The notes: generated by a model not told the origin, from the letters alone. Shown: positions 1 to 13,299, counted from the first letter of the stretch. The stretch is 64,000 bases of DNA from Azolla caroliniana (GCA_043228905.1 JBHGNT010000008.1:2790001-2854000), one strand, 5' to 3'. Translations and numbers: made by a program.

Positions 1-104
1 ATTGCAAGCCGCATGAAGAAAAATCGTTTTCCCGGCAAAAGAACCAGTCGATCTCGTTTGAAAAATTGAGAGATAATGACGGGTTTTAGGGTTTTATAGT
101 CGTT

Positions 105-500
105 GATTAAAAGGTTGGGCAACCACATGGCCACATTAAACCTCGGTTGGGCAACCACATGGCCATATTAAAACTCGGTTGGGCGACCACATTTTAACTC
201 AATTGGGTGAGCAAACTTTAATGGTAGGTTGGGCGACCACATTTTAACTCGGTTGGGCGACCAAACTAAAATGGCAAGCTAGGCAACCACATTTTAACTT
301 AGTTGGGTGACCACATAGATTACAGAGGCTGGACAACCGGAATAGGTAGGTTGGGCGACCGAGGACTCAGAGTTGGGCGGCCTCTGACAACATTTTGGGT
401 CGCGTGATTCTTTATTATCCAAATCGGACGGTGCAGATCGCACGCACCATGCTTTGAGCGACCTGCACCGTCCAAGGCCGCGACTCCATCCCCAGCCCTA
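105..500. mobile_element. Right end of a hAT-like DNA transposon (subterminal repeats plus terminal inverted repeat)
   Basis: About 9-10 copies of GGTTGGGC(G/A)ACCAC spaced roughly 20-35 bp apart, a hairpin at 427-473, and an end reading CATCCCCAGCCCTA (reverse complement TAGGGCTGGGGATG, similar to Ac/Ds TAGGGATG). The left end would lie outside the window. Confidence 0.55.
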
Positions 501-526
501 TTTATGATTTGGTATAAAATAGACAT

Positions 527-1112
527 GTCCATGATGATGCCATGGACTGCTATGTATGTATGTCATGAAGATGCGAGTGAGATGATGATGATGATGATGG
601 TGATGGTGATGCCATGGACTGCTATGTGTGTCATGAGAGAGAGATGATGATGCTGGTGATGCCATGGACCACTGCTATGTATGTGATAAAAAGATGTGAG
701 AGAGATGATGATGGTGATGCCATGGACTGCTCTTTTATGTCATGAAGATGAGAGAGATGATGAAGATGCCATGGACAGCTCTGTGAATTGCTCTGTTATG
801 TAACCTGTAGTGATTGATGATGATGATGATGATGATGATGCCATGGACTGCTCTGTGAATTGCTCTTTTATGTAACCTGTAGAGATTGATGATGATGATG
901 ATGATGATGAAGATGTCATGGACTGCTCTATGAATTGCTCTGTTATGTAACCTGTAGTGTTTGATGATGACGATGATTATGATGAAGATGCCATGGACTG
1001 CTCTGTGAATTGCTCTTTTATGTAACCTGTAGTGATTGATGATGATGATGATGATGAAGATGCCATGGACTGCTCTGTGAATTGCTCTGTTATGCAACCT
1101 GTAGTGATTGAT
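527..1112. repeat. Compound minisatellite: (GAT)n-GCCATGGACTGCT... units of about 50-85 bp
   Basis: About 9 units with a conserved CCATGGACTGCT core and variable GAT tracts. The later units add CTGTGAATTGCTCT(G/T)TTATGTAACCTGTAGTG. Confidence 0.9.
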
Positions 1113-1198
1113 GTAAAACTTTACAGTCTTAGATCTGTGAAAGCAGTATCAGCAGCATTGTTTGCCATTGCCATTGCCATTGCCACTTGCCTCTCGCC

Positions 1199-4100
1199 AT
1201 GTTGAAGAAGTGTGTGGGTGCTTGCTTCCTTTCCGCTCTGCTGCAAATCACAGGGCTCATCCTCTTCGTCTTGGGATTCTTCCCTGTCAAACCTGCTCTC
1301 AGAGGCATGAGGTATGCTGGACACCTCCCCCTCCCCTTTATCTTTTTTCTTCAAAAATTTCCTTATCTTTCCATAACCACCTCTGCATTTCTGCTTCTTT
1401 TCTTTTCTTTTCTGTGTCTATATTGCGCTTCTTCTCCTATTTAGGTATGTTTCTCTCTTCTCTCTTTTGTGTTTTTGCTTTCTTTGCCCTTTTCCCTTTT
1501 TTATTTTCATTGTTTGCTCTCGTTTCCTGCTACTTCCATTCGGTTCTGTTTTTTGCTTTTCTGTTTGTCTTTTATGTCCATAGCTTCTCCTTTACTTGAG
1601 GTAATGTTTTTGTCTTTGTCTTCTACGCTTTTGATTTTTTATCCTTTTTGCTGTTTCTCTTGCCAATCAATAACACATGATTCGTGATTTACACCTAGTC
1701 CTTTTTGGCCCACAATTAGAACAAAGAAACGTTTTCATTGCAGTGGCATTGAAAGCTTCGAGTCTACGTGCGCTGAAAATCCAGAACATGTTTCGCCGTC
1801 TGGAAACATACATCAATTTAAGGTTTGTTTTCAAGAGATCTACTTTGTTTTCCAACAGTTTTCCTTTACTGAAGAATCAATATTCAGTTTTTCCTGGTTA
1901 TCCATTCTTATTTTGATTTCGTAATAGATAAACTTTGTTGGAGAGGTTTTTCTTCTATATTCTGTACAGTTGTAGAATTAAAATGGAGAAATTTGCACGA
2001 TTATTTTAGGTCCTTACTGTGTATCTCTTTCTCAATGCTACTCATCTTGGAAAGGGAAATGCTTTCTGCTACTGAGTATCTATTCCCAATTAATTGAAAC
2101 ATAATATGTTTTTTGTTTTATTGCTGATGAATGTCAATCTATTAATTAAATCATGATTTGGGTTTCTAAGAGAATCATGCTATTGCAGGAAAAGCTAGGG
2201 ATGGATCCTCAGTATGCTCGTGTCGTGCTTATGGTATTTCTTCCATAGTTTGAGCTTTAAGTATTTTGTTCAAGAGAAACACTAAAGAAGATTAATTATT
2301 TAATTCTAGGTGATTGATGGATTTCCTGCTGAATTCTTACTTGGGAAAGGTGATTCTCCCATACGGAAAGAGATGAAGGAAGCCATGCATTTCACACAAA
2401 GTTTGTTAACCGCAAGAAAAGCTATTGGTTTCCATGCTAGAGCAGCACCTCCAACTGTAACAATGCCTAGGCTAAAGGTTAATATTGGTCATATATATGT
2501 AGTTGCTTCATGAGGTTATCCATTATGCATTAGATTTAGTGTATAGAGCATGCTTTTACCATTTATCGAAACTATGCAGGCTATGACATCAGGAGCCATT
2601 GCAGGATTTCTGGATGTAGCTTTCAACTTCAATACACAGGCAATGATCGGTGACAGCCTCATTGGTATGATTGCTTGATTCTTTGTCTGGAAAAGCATTT
2701 TCAGGCATTTCCGGGCTTTGTATATGGAAATCAAAGACCTTTTATATTTGGCTAGGGTAACTTGTTACTTTTTTTGCATTGGATATTAACTTTTCTACGC
2801 ACATATTTGTTAATGATGTAGACACAAATGCTATGTTATTCCAAGAGAATTTTATTCACTTTCATTTCCCTGTGAATGTGAGATTAATGATTTATCAGAC
2901 TGAGAATACAGTATGATGACATAAAAAATATCGAATTCATGACGATGATGAAAGCAAAATTTTGTGGTTTTATATTATATTCTGCCCAGCTTACTAACAC
3001 CAGGTAAAATTTGGATGAATAGGTCAGTTGGAACGGTTGGGATGGAGGATGGTAATGTATGGGGATGAGACGTGGTTGCGTTTGTTTCCTCATTCATTCA
3101 TTCGCCATGATGGTGTTAGCAGTTTCTATGTAAGAAAATTCAAACCAGAAAATTGTCCATCACTATGCATCTATCATACAGTTTCTATATTGTTCAGAAT
3201 AGATTGTGTTGGCTGGAGTTTCGTCGCCTGATCTTTTGTGTTGTAAGGCTCATAAACTCGGTCTTTTTGCATTTTGGCAAATGATTCTCGGCCAATTATT
3301 TGCTTTTTTACAAATGACTGACATTAATTTTTATGTGTATTTGCATTTCAATTCTTCATTGACATTGTTTTTATGCTTATTTCTGCTATTGAAAATGATT
3401 GTCGGCCAATTGTTAGGCTTTCTTTTTACACAGTTTCGTGGCTTTTGTTTGGTGTTAATATTTCGAACGAGGGTCTGTTTAATTACGTTTGTTATGATTG
3501 CTTTGTTGTTTGAGACACACTAATTGCTATTCATAATGTAAATCATTACGAGTGTGCATGTAGGTCAAAGATACAATTCAGGTTGACTACAATGTGACTC
3601 GACATCTGGATATGGAGTTGAAATGTCCTGATTGGGAACTTCTTGTATGTTTTCGTAATATCCTTAATTTTATTGATACTGAAAACACATTTATTACCAC
3701 CATTCTTTCCTAATGTTGGAGTAATTAGACGATATTCATCCGTTTCCATATGACATGTGAAAGATCCTTCATTATTTGGGCCTGGATCATGTTGGCCATT
3801 TAGGAGGGCGCTGCAGGTAATTGCAATATGTTAATAGATTTCAGGTTGTATTTTTGGCATATGATACTCACATACTCATTGGAGCTCTTTATTTAGCCCC
3901 TTGATGGTTTCAAAGCTTCAGGAAATGGATGCTGTTATTCAAAACTTGTATGCATCTTTGATTGAAGATAAAGACGAGGAGACACTACTGGTTAGTGCTA
4001 TGAGCACAGAATTTTCTTTATTAATTAAATATAAAGAACTAAAAATTAAAGGTAAATATGTACACATTTAGGACTAGTGATGTTTTCTCTTTCATATATT

Positions 4101-7087
4101 AATTAACTACAAAGAATGAAAACATATTTACATCCTATGAATTATAAGCATTTACTCTTATATAACTAAAGAACTACTAATGGATGTTATACTTTATAGA
4201 TTGTGGCGAGTGATCATGGGATGACTTATGGTGGTAACCATGGAGGTGCAAGCTTTGAGGAAACAGATTCTTTGGTACTCTTCATACGTGGAAGAGAGTT
4301 CTTGAAATCCACCCATTTTGAAAATCGGTCACAAGTACGAAGTTTGTGTTCTGGGGAAATATGTTTGTGATTTGAGGGCATCATTGTTTTGTTTTCACGA
4401 ATAAATTGAGGCACTTGTAAAGCTTTAAGATTTACAGGATTTTCCAATTAGGTCGATGTGGTTCCAACTTTAGCTTTGCTGCTTGGAATTCCAATACCAA
4501 AAAATAGTGTTGGAGCTCTTCTGCCTGAGCTATTTGATACCTTCACTGGTAGGGCCTTGAAAAGAAGAAATACAAATGATTTCCATGAACTTTCTAACAA
4601 TTTGCAAGATGTGTTGATATTTGGGATATGCAATCATTATATTGACTTAAAAATTTTCATACAGAACTTAGAATTTTCATGCCAAATTCCATTAAGCTTC
4701 TTTGAAATTGCAGCTTGTTAAGTGTGATGTTATCATAGGCTTTAAAAGTTTCTCACTCTAGTTGCTCTAACAGGGAAAAAAAAACTTCGCGCTTTGGAAG
4801 TGAATGCATGGCAGTTACTGAGGTTGCTGAAAGTTCGATATCCAAAATCTCCATGCCTCAGCGCGATTTGCTCAGACAAAAACACATCAGAGGTAGCTCA
4901 TGAGAACATTGACGACAGAGACATTGCCAACCTTTGTTATTTGTTTAAGATTGCTCAAGAGGGTCATAAAAGGTTGAAAGCTTACTTGTGCGAAAGGTGA
5001 ACATCAAAGATTCTCAAGGAAATGCCATTCATCTCTGGTTTTCTAATTTGATCGTATCTTTTCAAACTATGTAAATGGTTTATGTTGATCCAGGGATGAG
5101 TTAAACTGCAATTCTGTAGACTTGGAGAGGGTTGCTGAAGCATACTTAACATTCCTCCGTGCTACTTCAGATTGGCTTGCAAAGGGCACCACAGAGGTTT
5201 GTGTTCTTTGTCTAATAGATTTTCTTAAATGAGTAACCTGTCAACTAAACTTTTTTATTTTCTGTTGTCTTATGATAGAAGAGAAAGTTTCTAGTTTTCA
5301 GTGGTGGTCTTCTCATGCTTATCTCATCAACGATATTTGTGGGCATCTCCCTTGGGATAAACAAAGAAACCAATGGTAGACTGGGTCTTCGAAATTCGGA
5401 GCTTGAGAACTTCTTTGCTTTGGCTGGAATTTGTGGGCATGCATTGAGCCTAAATTCTAGCTCATTGGTGGAAGAGGAACAGTTTACTTTATACTTTTTG
5501 GTAGTCACGTTATGGTTCTTCTTCCTTAGAAAGGCATGCCAACATGCGAATTTGTTTGAAGCATCAACATTATACCAGAGCTTCCTTGACACCTGGAATA
5601 TGCTGCCTAATCCATTGTGTTTGGATAAAGATGACAACAGAGGAAGGAAATTGGCACAAGCTGAAAATCTTTGCTCACTGAATAGCAAAAAGTTAAAAGC
5701 CCAAGTTTTTGCAATATTTATGGTTTTAATAACGGTGAAGATAGTCCGAAGTTGGCATCGAAGTGGTGTAAACTGGGCTCATCTTGCCGATGTTGCGAAG
5801 TGGTTAGAACAGGTTGATGGATCGATTCTCCTTGGAACTCATCTTTTGTCGCTTTCAGCTGTGCTTGCCATTTGCTGCTGGTTAGTCTTAGAACAGACTC
5901 CACGAAACCTTACGCAAAAAGCTGTTGCTTGCAGCTTAACTTTATCAGCATTGCTCATTTCTGCATACATTGTGCGGACAAAAGGCATCAAAATGGGCCA
6001 TGTTGATAATTTATCTGTGAAGTTAGCTCAACTTGCATATATTATTCTGGGTTCTACATCATTTTCAGCAATTGTGTTCACTCCTTGGCTTATATCTTTT
6101 TCGAGAAGAGACTTTAGGAAAGATGGCCATCGTGACAGAGTCCCTACAATCAAATTTCGCGCATCTCTCAATTTTATTGGGAAAGTAGTTATCTCATGCT
6201 GGTGCTTGTTGCAGCTCCTTCTCCAACAGCCTGTTAATTCAGTACTGATGGTCATCCTTATCTTGCAACTTATCTGTTGTTTGATTTTCTTCAACCTTGC
6301 AGGCTCTACGTACAGCCTCTGGCTGAAAGTAAGTCTCAAATGATATCTACTCCAAAGGGAATCTATCGTGCATAGAAAGATGTAGGAATTTTATGTATCT
6401 AGTTATTATTTTCTTCTATATAAATATTTAATTATGTGTCTCATACTATTAGATATTAGCTTTATACTGGATGGGAGGAGCAGGACATTTCGGTATGGGA
6501 AACACAAACACACTAGCAACGGTAGATGTTGCTGGCGCATATATTGTAAGAAAATTTCTCGTAAATCATTATTTATGTGAGTACATCTTCAAGCAGCCTG
6601 AAGTTTCCATGTGGCTTATGCAGGGTTTAAGCCAACATTCAATCTTTTTCACAGGCATGTTGGCATTTATAATCACTTATGCAGTTCCACTTTTATACAT
6701 GATGGGGATTTTCTTAATTGTCTCTTTCACTAATGATGCTAATGAAGAAAATAACACACCAAGGCAGCATTGGCTTTTGGAAGCATTTGTTCTTCCTTCT
6801 AATGTCCTATTAGCCCTCAGCTCCATAATCCTTCTCGTGTTCAGTTCAGTCATGGTTCAAATGCAAGGGCACCTTTTCATATGGAGCGTGTTCTCACCCA
6901 AGTAAGTAATTGACTGAAATACACAGGTATATAATCTGCTCTGCAAATTGTTTAAAGAGAATTGTTGGCTGTTGTTTGTAGGTATATTTATGTATGTTTC
7001 ACAATACTTAGCACCTATGTAGGAGTGCTAAGTAATGCATTTATCAGCCTCTACACATTTTTTATTGTTAACAAGTTTGCGAGGTAG
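1199..7087 (+). CDS. PIGG: GPI ethanolamine phosphate transferase 2 (PIG-G/GPI7 family), multi-exon
   Basis: GT-AG exons spell an N-terminal TM helix (LFVLGFFPVKP), VIDG, AAPPTVTMPRLKAMTSG, GDETWLRLFP, LHYLGLDHVGH, SDHGM..GGNHGG, VPTLALLLGIPIP, SSLVEEE, GNTNTLATVDVAG and HLFIWSVFSPKY. ATG at 1199, TAG at 7085-7087. Confidence 0.92.
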
Positions 7088-7725
7088 GTGTATTTTGGGT
7101 CTTGTTCCCATCTTGAATTGAGCAAAATCAAATCCAGAGATATCTTACCAGGTAGCCATCATAACGACGGAGACTTGCTTATTATTAACATGCCTTTGTA
7201 TATGATATTAATCATCAAATTCAAAAACTTTATGATCCAGGCATTATTGGGGATTACTATGCATAATGAGCATTTGCTAAATTTTTCAGGTTCAAAACTT
7301 GCCATTTTTTAATGGCATATCACATTTCTCTTAAGCAACATCTATCATTTTTACAAGGAATGTACCATGTATGAAACTTCAATTTTATGTTGTGATTCTC
7401 CAAACTTGTGACTTTCTAATGCATGCGATGATGGTAAATGAATTTATGTCTGAATGATGTCTTTTAATTTGTAGCATTTGTGCTACATTTGGTATTTTAA
7501 AATTTCCATCTATAGATGCCCTCCTTGCAGCTATAACATTCAATTAAAAGCTTGTCAATAACTCCAACAGCCCGAGAGTTGTGCATTTGTAGGCTTGTTT
7601 ACATCGAATATGCAAGTCATGGATGTTAAATACGAAATTTGTACAACGCATTTTTTAAGGAAATATGAATGCTGTATAAAATTAGAAGCATTTACAAAGC
7701 TGAGAAGCATTAGTGTGGTGGCTCA

Positions 7726-9879
7726 TTACAAAGAAGTTACAGGCGGAGCCGATTCTATATACATCTCTGCAATGGCTGCATTTATTGCAGCGCCTAAAGC
7801 CAGGGTATCTTCATCTAATGAGAAGTATGGCGAATGGAATGTATGCGTATCATTTTTATTCTTACTTCCCACTCCCAAATTAAGCATTGCACCAGGTATC
7901 TCCTCCAAATAGAAGGAGAAATCTTCCCCTGCCATGGTTGGCTCGGCCAAAAGAACCTTATCTTTTCCTAAAATCAAACTTGCCACCTTGTAAATATGTT
8001 CATACATCTTTTTGTCATTGATCAAAGCTGGAAAAAATCTCGTTCCCTCATCATATTCCACTGTTGCCTCACAACCAAAAACTTTTGCTTGGTTCTCAAT
8101 GACCTATATAGAGTGATGTTAGCATTTCCATTTTTATTTGGATTCTTGTGCTTCGTAGAAAAATGAATACATTGGTTTGTATAAGTTACGAGAAAGCACT
8201 GTTTTCATAACACACCTCTTTTATCCTCAGCTTAAGCTTCCTGCAACCTTCTGGGGAAGTGCTCCGAATAGTACCTTTCATTGTTACTTCAGAAGGAATG
8301 ACGTTTATAGTTTCGCCACCTTTCAGATATGTTATAGACAGAACCTGCCAAATGACCAATTTTTTCCTTCAATACAAAACACACCCACTTCAATTAAAAC
8401 GCATGCAGATTTATCATTTACCACCACCTTGTGTAGAGACATCTAAACCCCAAAACCTTCAGATACATCGCCAAAAAAGACCCAAACAACAGTTCCATAG
8501 ACAACAAAGCTAATGTCACTAAATGTGTGCATGTTGCCATTTACTATCTACTTCTGTGGAAGTAACCTTCAGAAGTATACATTGCAAATGAAAAGTAAAA
8601 TACCCAAAAGCCTCTCCAATGAGTGGCATATCCACTTCCACTCCTAAATGTTGAAGCATAAACCTCAAAACCACACGTTCAATATCCAAGTTTTTGCTTC
8701 AATAGACCACATGCTCCACTAAATCTATGCAGGTTGTCACTTACTATGTATTGGTTTGGATAGAACTATAGGCTCTAAGGCTTAAACCCCTGCACTCTAA
8801 CCTTAAAGCCGAAAGCCGAAAACCTAAACCTAAGCTTTACCTTAACCTTGAAGACTAAAAGTTCTAAACCAACCTGGCTCTCCAGTGGGTCAGTCTCTCG
8901 TGATATGAGTTGTTGCAGACTTGTGATGATATATGCAGTAGCAACAATAGGATCCTTGGTCATGTGAGGCATGGCAGCATGTCCACCTTTGCCTCTTATT
9001 GATGCTTTAAGTAGGCCTGCGGCTGCACACAAAGCACCGGGCTTTGTTGCCACCATTCCTGATTGAATTCCAGGATGCACATGCATGCCGAAAATGGCTT
9101 CCACACCTTTCAGCGCCCCATCTTTGATCATGTACAAAGAACCGCCCCCCCCTTCTTCTGCAGGCTGAAAAATCAACTTCACTGTGCCCTGGGATCGAAA
9201 TTGGAAAAAACAAGTAGCCACAAATAACATCATAAACCAGATAGCAAACTATAATTCCCACTTTTGACAAAATCATGAAACAAGTAGCAACATGAATATA
9301 CTTCATGTTTTCTGGCGTAAATCACAACATCATAAATTAAGTTGGGAGTGTGACTATGATTCCCTATATGCAACTTGTAATCACATCATAAATTAAGTTG
9401 GAGTTGGACTATGCTTCCCTCCCTATATGCATTATCAAACTTGTGGAGGTGAGGGGCAAACATATGTGAGGGAGGCCCTTTGGAGACCAACTAACCTTGA
9501 GCTTATCTTCTCTTGCTTTAAGAAGCTTAGCTGCCCCTAAGAGCATAGTCACATGGGCATCATGACCACATGCGTGCATTTTCCCCGGGCGTTTGCTTTT
9601 ATGCTCCCACTCAACTAATTCCTGACATGACCAAAAAAAACATAGAAAAATTGTTAAGTGTACTCGCTTCCTCATTTATACATCCCATTACATGAGCTAC
9701 ACCTTCAGATATATTAACAAGCCATTAACAGACAAGGGTGATTGCTATTGTATTCCAAAAATTTGCTCTTTTTTTGTTGAGAGTTACACCTTAATAATCA
9801 ATTGGATATTAAAGTCCTTCTCGAGTGTGCGTATGTATTGTGTATGATATGTACAAACAAATACATACACACAGATATA

Positions 9880-9917
<38 letters not shown>

Positions 9918-10409
9918 GTATGTATGTACACCCACAACTGATACATATTATACATGAGAAACACCAAATTCAAAGGATATTTTTGTTACTTGTATAGGCA
10001 GAGCATCCATGTCGGCCCGGAGGGCGACAATTGGGGGTTTTCCAGAGCCCAGAGTGCCGACTACTCCAGTTGTGGCCAGAGGCCATTCATAAGGAATCCC
10101 CATCTTCTGCAGCTCATCTCTGATCAACTGGCTCGTATCAAACTCTTCAAATTGGAGCTCTGGATTCTCATGGATCTGCCTCCTCACCGATTTGAGCCAA
10201 TCCACGGTTTCTTCCTCGTAGGCGGCGGCGAGAAGCTCGGCGGTGACACCGGAGCTAGGAGCCGAGTCGGCAGGGAACCCATTAGAAGGAGCAGGGCATG
10301 AATCTGGATCTGAGAGGGGGGTAGGGGTAGAGATGGAAGGAGTATGGAAAAGAGGAAAGAAGAGGAGGAGGAGGAGGTAAAAGGAACAGGGGAAAGGAGG
10401 CATAGACAT
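7726..10409 (-). CDS. IAA-amino acid hydrolase ILR1-like (peptidase M20D), 5 exons
   Basis: Motifs [54 protein letters not shown] and HSPYF..DE, with a hydrophobic signal peptide. Exons at about 10409-9990, 9622-9496, 9190-8874, 8335-8215 and 8103-7726. The start Met is slightly uncertain. Confidence 0.93.
9881..9911. repeat. (CA)n microsatellite in intron 1 of the ILR1-like gene
   Basis: Directly visible. Confidence 0.95.
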
Positions 10410-10555
10410 ATTAGGAAGAAAGAAAGAAAGAAAGAAAGATATAATGAAGAGAAATGAGTGTAGATGTATCATTTAGAGATGACATATATACATAGATATT
10501 AGAGCAAAAAGTATACATATATGTATATACATTGTCTTATATGCCTAACCGTCTG

Positions 10556-10950
10556 CAAGAGTTCAGTTTGAACCAAACCGCGAGACCGCGGCTTAACAGT
10601 TTAAATGGTTCAGGTTCAGGTTTTTTTAAACGATTCGGTTTGGTTTTTCTACTATTAGAAACCGCGGTTTAAATGGTTTTTATGTTTTTTTTTTAATTAT
10701 AAAAAATTGTTTTTAAACAATCTTTTCATTTTTGAGGTCTTATTCCCACATTTTGGGAAAGTCTTTAAAAATTTTGAAAATTAAAAAATATGAATTTTGA
10801 CCTAACTTGAAAAACCAAAACTGAACCACGAAACCACGATTTTAACGGTTTGAAAATTTTTTAACGATTTGATTTAATGATTTCAGGGTTCGGTTCAAGT
10901 CTCAAAAATTTTAAACGGTTCGGTTTTGACCCTCTCAAACCGAACTGTTG
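10556..10950. mobile_element. MITE / non-autonomous hAT-like element
   Basis: Imperfect 16-bp TIRs (CAAGAGTTCAGTTTGA versus the reverse complement of the right end, CAACAGTTCGGTTTGA), many AAACCG/CGGTTT subterminal motifs and an AT-rich core. No TSD found. Confidence 0.6.
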
Positions 10951-12921
10951 TCGTGATATGGCATGCTCGAGTGTGGGAAAAAATCGGCGAAAGGGGGGGT
11001 CAAAATGTGCTTGTGCAATGTGTGTGCACACAAAGGCAATTAATTGTGCGCATGCAAAAGAAAAGGGAAAAGAAACGATAGAGAAGGAGGTATAGAAAAC
11101 TCGTGTAAAAAGTAAGAGAGAGGAGAGATTAAAAGTAGAGAGTAGATAGGCTATAAATTTCTAAATATAGAATTATATGTTATATAATAGAGAGTTAATG
11201 AACAAGTGGATAGGCATATTAATTCCAGCTAAAGGTGCACGGTTCAAATTGGTCTTACAATGAAGTGTGATTTAAGGAATTTTATTCCTTTTGCATTGAA
11301 GACGAATGTGGCGACCCCCCTTCCTTTTTTTCCTATAAAAGGAGGTCGAGGGGGGCTCATTTGGGAGGAGGAGACTATTGCCATTATTTTTTCGGAGCTC
11401 TTCATCTTCATCTTCACCATTTTTCTTCATCCCCTCATCGCCACGTGCTCGTCTTCTTCGTGTTGGCACTCGAAGTGCTCGAGTCGTTTATGGTGCTCGT
11501 GAGCCCGAGCCTCGTTAGTTCGTCGTTGCTTTGCCCCCGTTCATCGTTGTGAGCCCGTGTGCTTGTCGTTCGGGTGGTCGTGGTTCGTTGGGGTCGGCAT
11601 TTTTGTGGTGTGGGGTGCTCGTGTGCTCGTCTTCTTCGTGTTCGTGCTCTGTGTTCGGATTTGCTCTTGTCTCTAAGGGCATTTAGTATTTATGTTTTGT
11701 TGAGCTTGTGGTAATTAGAAGTTGCCACATTGTAATCAAACCCTATTTTATAAAGGGCACTCTTGCATTGCAATCAAACTTGCATATCTACTTCTTTAGC
11801 CAATGTCATTCGTGTTTTCTTTCTTTAATTCTCGTCTCCTTGTACGTTCGGCCGTCTTGTGACAAGGGAGCGTTTAGGGCGTGCCCATGCACCTCTCCTC
11901 CTCATAAAGGCATACGAGCATTGGTGCGTGAGTTACGTGTCTTCCTTGTACATTCGATCGTCTTGTGACAAGGGAGTGTTCGGGCGTGCCCATGCATCTC
12001 TCCTCCTCATAAAGGCGTACGGGCATTTGTGCGTGTGTTTTGTGTCTTCCTTGTACGTTCGGCCGTCTTGTGACGAGGGAGCGTTTGGGCTTGCCCATGC
12101 ACCTCTCCTCCTCATAAAGGCGTACGGGCATTCGTGCGTGTGTTTTGTGTCTTCCTTGTACATTCGGTCGTCTTGTGACGAGGGAGCGTTCGGGCGTGCC
12201 CATGCACCTCTCCTCCTCATAAAGGCGTACGGGCGTTCATGTTTGTGTTCTCGCCCCTTTCCTTGTACGTTCAGCGTCTTGTGACGAGGGAGCATTCGAG
12301 CGTGCCCATGCACCTCTCCTCCTCATAAAGACGTATGGGCATTCGTGTTTGTGTTCTTGTCCCCTTGTGTGTTCATTTTGCGTGCTCATCTTTGTTTGTA
12401 CCCATTTGATCACGTGGCTCATGCGATGATCTCGAAAACTCGACGAGTCGTGATCAATGAAAGCCACCAACCCCACAAAAGGGGCAACGAGCCCTTGCTC
12501 GGGAAGTAGTCTTGTCGTAAAGCAAACCTCGGATCTTCTCTATCCCTTCGTACTCCCTAGTCCAAGACCCCCGTGGTCCCGCCCAAGTAACACACACACG
12601 TGAAACTTCGCGACACCGTTGCCGATTGTTACTTATGCTCGAAAGCTATATATGCTCTAATTTCTCGCCTTAAGGCGAGAAGAAGCACTAGCAATACCAG
12701 GAACCAAGTTTTGGGCTCGTTAGCGAGTCAAAGTGCCCTAATAAACATTACATCGCGAACTCGCAGTAGCCATTCCCAGACATGTCCATCCTTGCTCGGA
12801 GAGAGTTGCGATCCTAGGTCCCCCATTCAATCCCCCAATTCGTTAGAACCCATCTAGATACAAGTGCTTAAGGCCTTAAGATAAATTACTCAAACCTTAA
12901 GCCAAAATCGTTAGGGTAACA
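10949..12921 (+). mobile_element. LTR-like retrotransposon fragment (possible solo LTR)
   Basis: Starts TGTCG, has CTATAAAAGG at about 11333, an internal tandem array, and candidate ends ...GTAACA at 12592 or 12921. No coding domains and no TSD confirmed. Confidence 0.45.
11838..12365. repeat. Tandem array, about 5 x 105-107 bp
   Basis: The unit CCTTGTACGTTCGGCCGTCTTGTGAC...GCCCATGCACCTCTCCTCCTCATAAAGGC starts at 11838, 11944, 12049, 12154 and 12261. Confidence 0.95.
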
Positions 12922-13299
12922 TTAGAGATTTTAATGATAGAAAAGAGAAAGAAGAGCTTTAGTAAGTGAAGAAGATGGAAGAAGAAGAATCAAATGGCAC
13001 AAAAGTGTCTTACTAAAACTATAATTGTTTCTCTTTCTTTCATTAATCAACTTTAGGTCTTTTTCCACTGGGGTAGTCACAATGTTGTTTTATATTCTTG
13101 GTTCTTATGTCTTGTCCGCTTTTATTGATCTGTGTAGACTTGTCTCTTGTGCACCAATGCTAATCTCAAGATTGTTGGAAGCATACTTAGCATCCCCCCA
13201 CACTTAATGAGTGCACACTCCCAATGTCCACCTTTTCAAGCGCCCTTAATATGTGTCTTTGTGTGACTGAATTTGAGCTCATTAGTGAAGAACGAGATC

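Noticed and set aside
735-1097. 120-aa repetitive ORF (poly-Ile, HRAVHG)
   Set aside because: It is the translation of the minisatellite and has no gene structure.
527-1112. Repeat-spacer appearance suggesting a CRISPR array
   Set aside because: The spacers are not unique, the context is eukaryotic and there are no cas genes. The same applies to the 11838-12365 array.
8775-8870. Telomere-like AAACCC/AACCTA motifs in an ILR1-like intron
   Set aside because: Too degenerate and short to call an interstitial telomere repeat.
11859-12476. Overlapping ORFs on both strands
   Set aside because: They result from the 105-bp (multiple of 3) tandem unit and contain no protein motifs.
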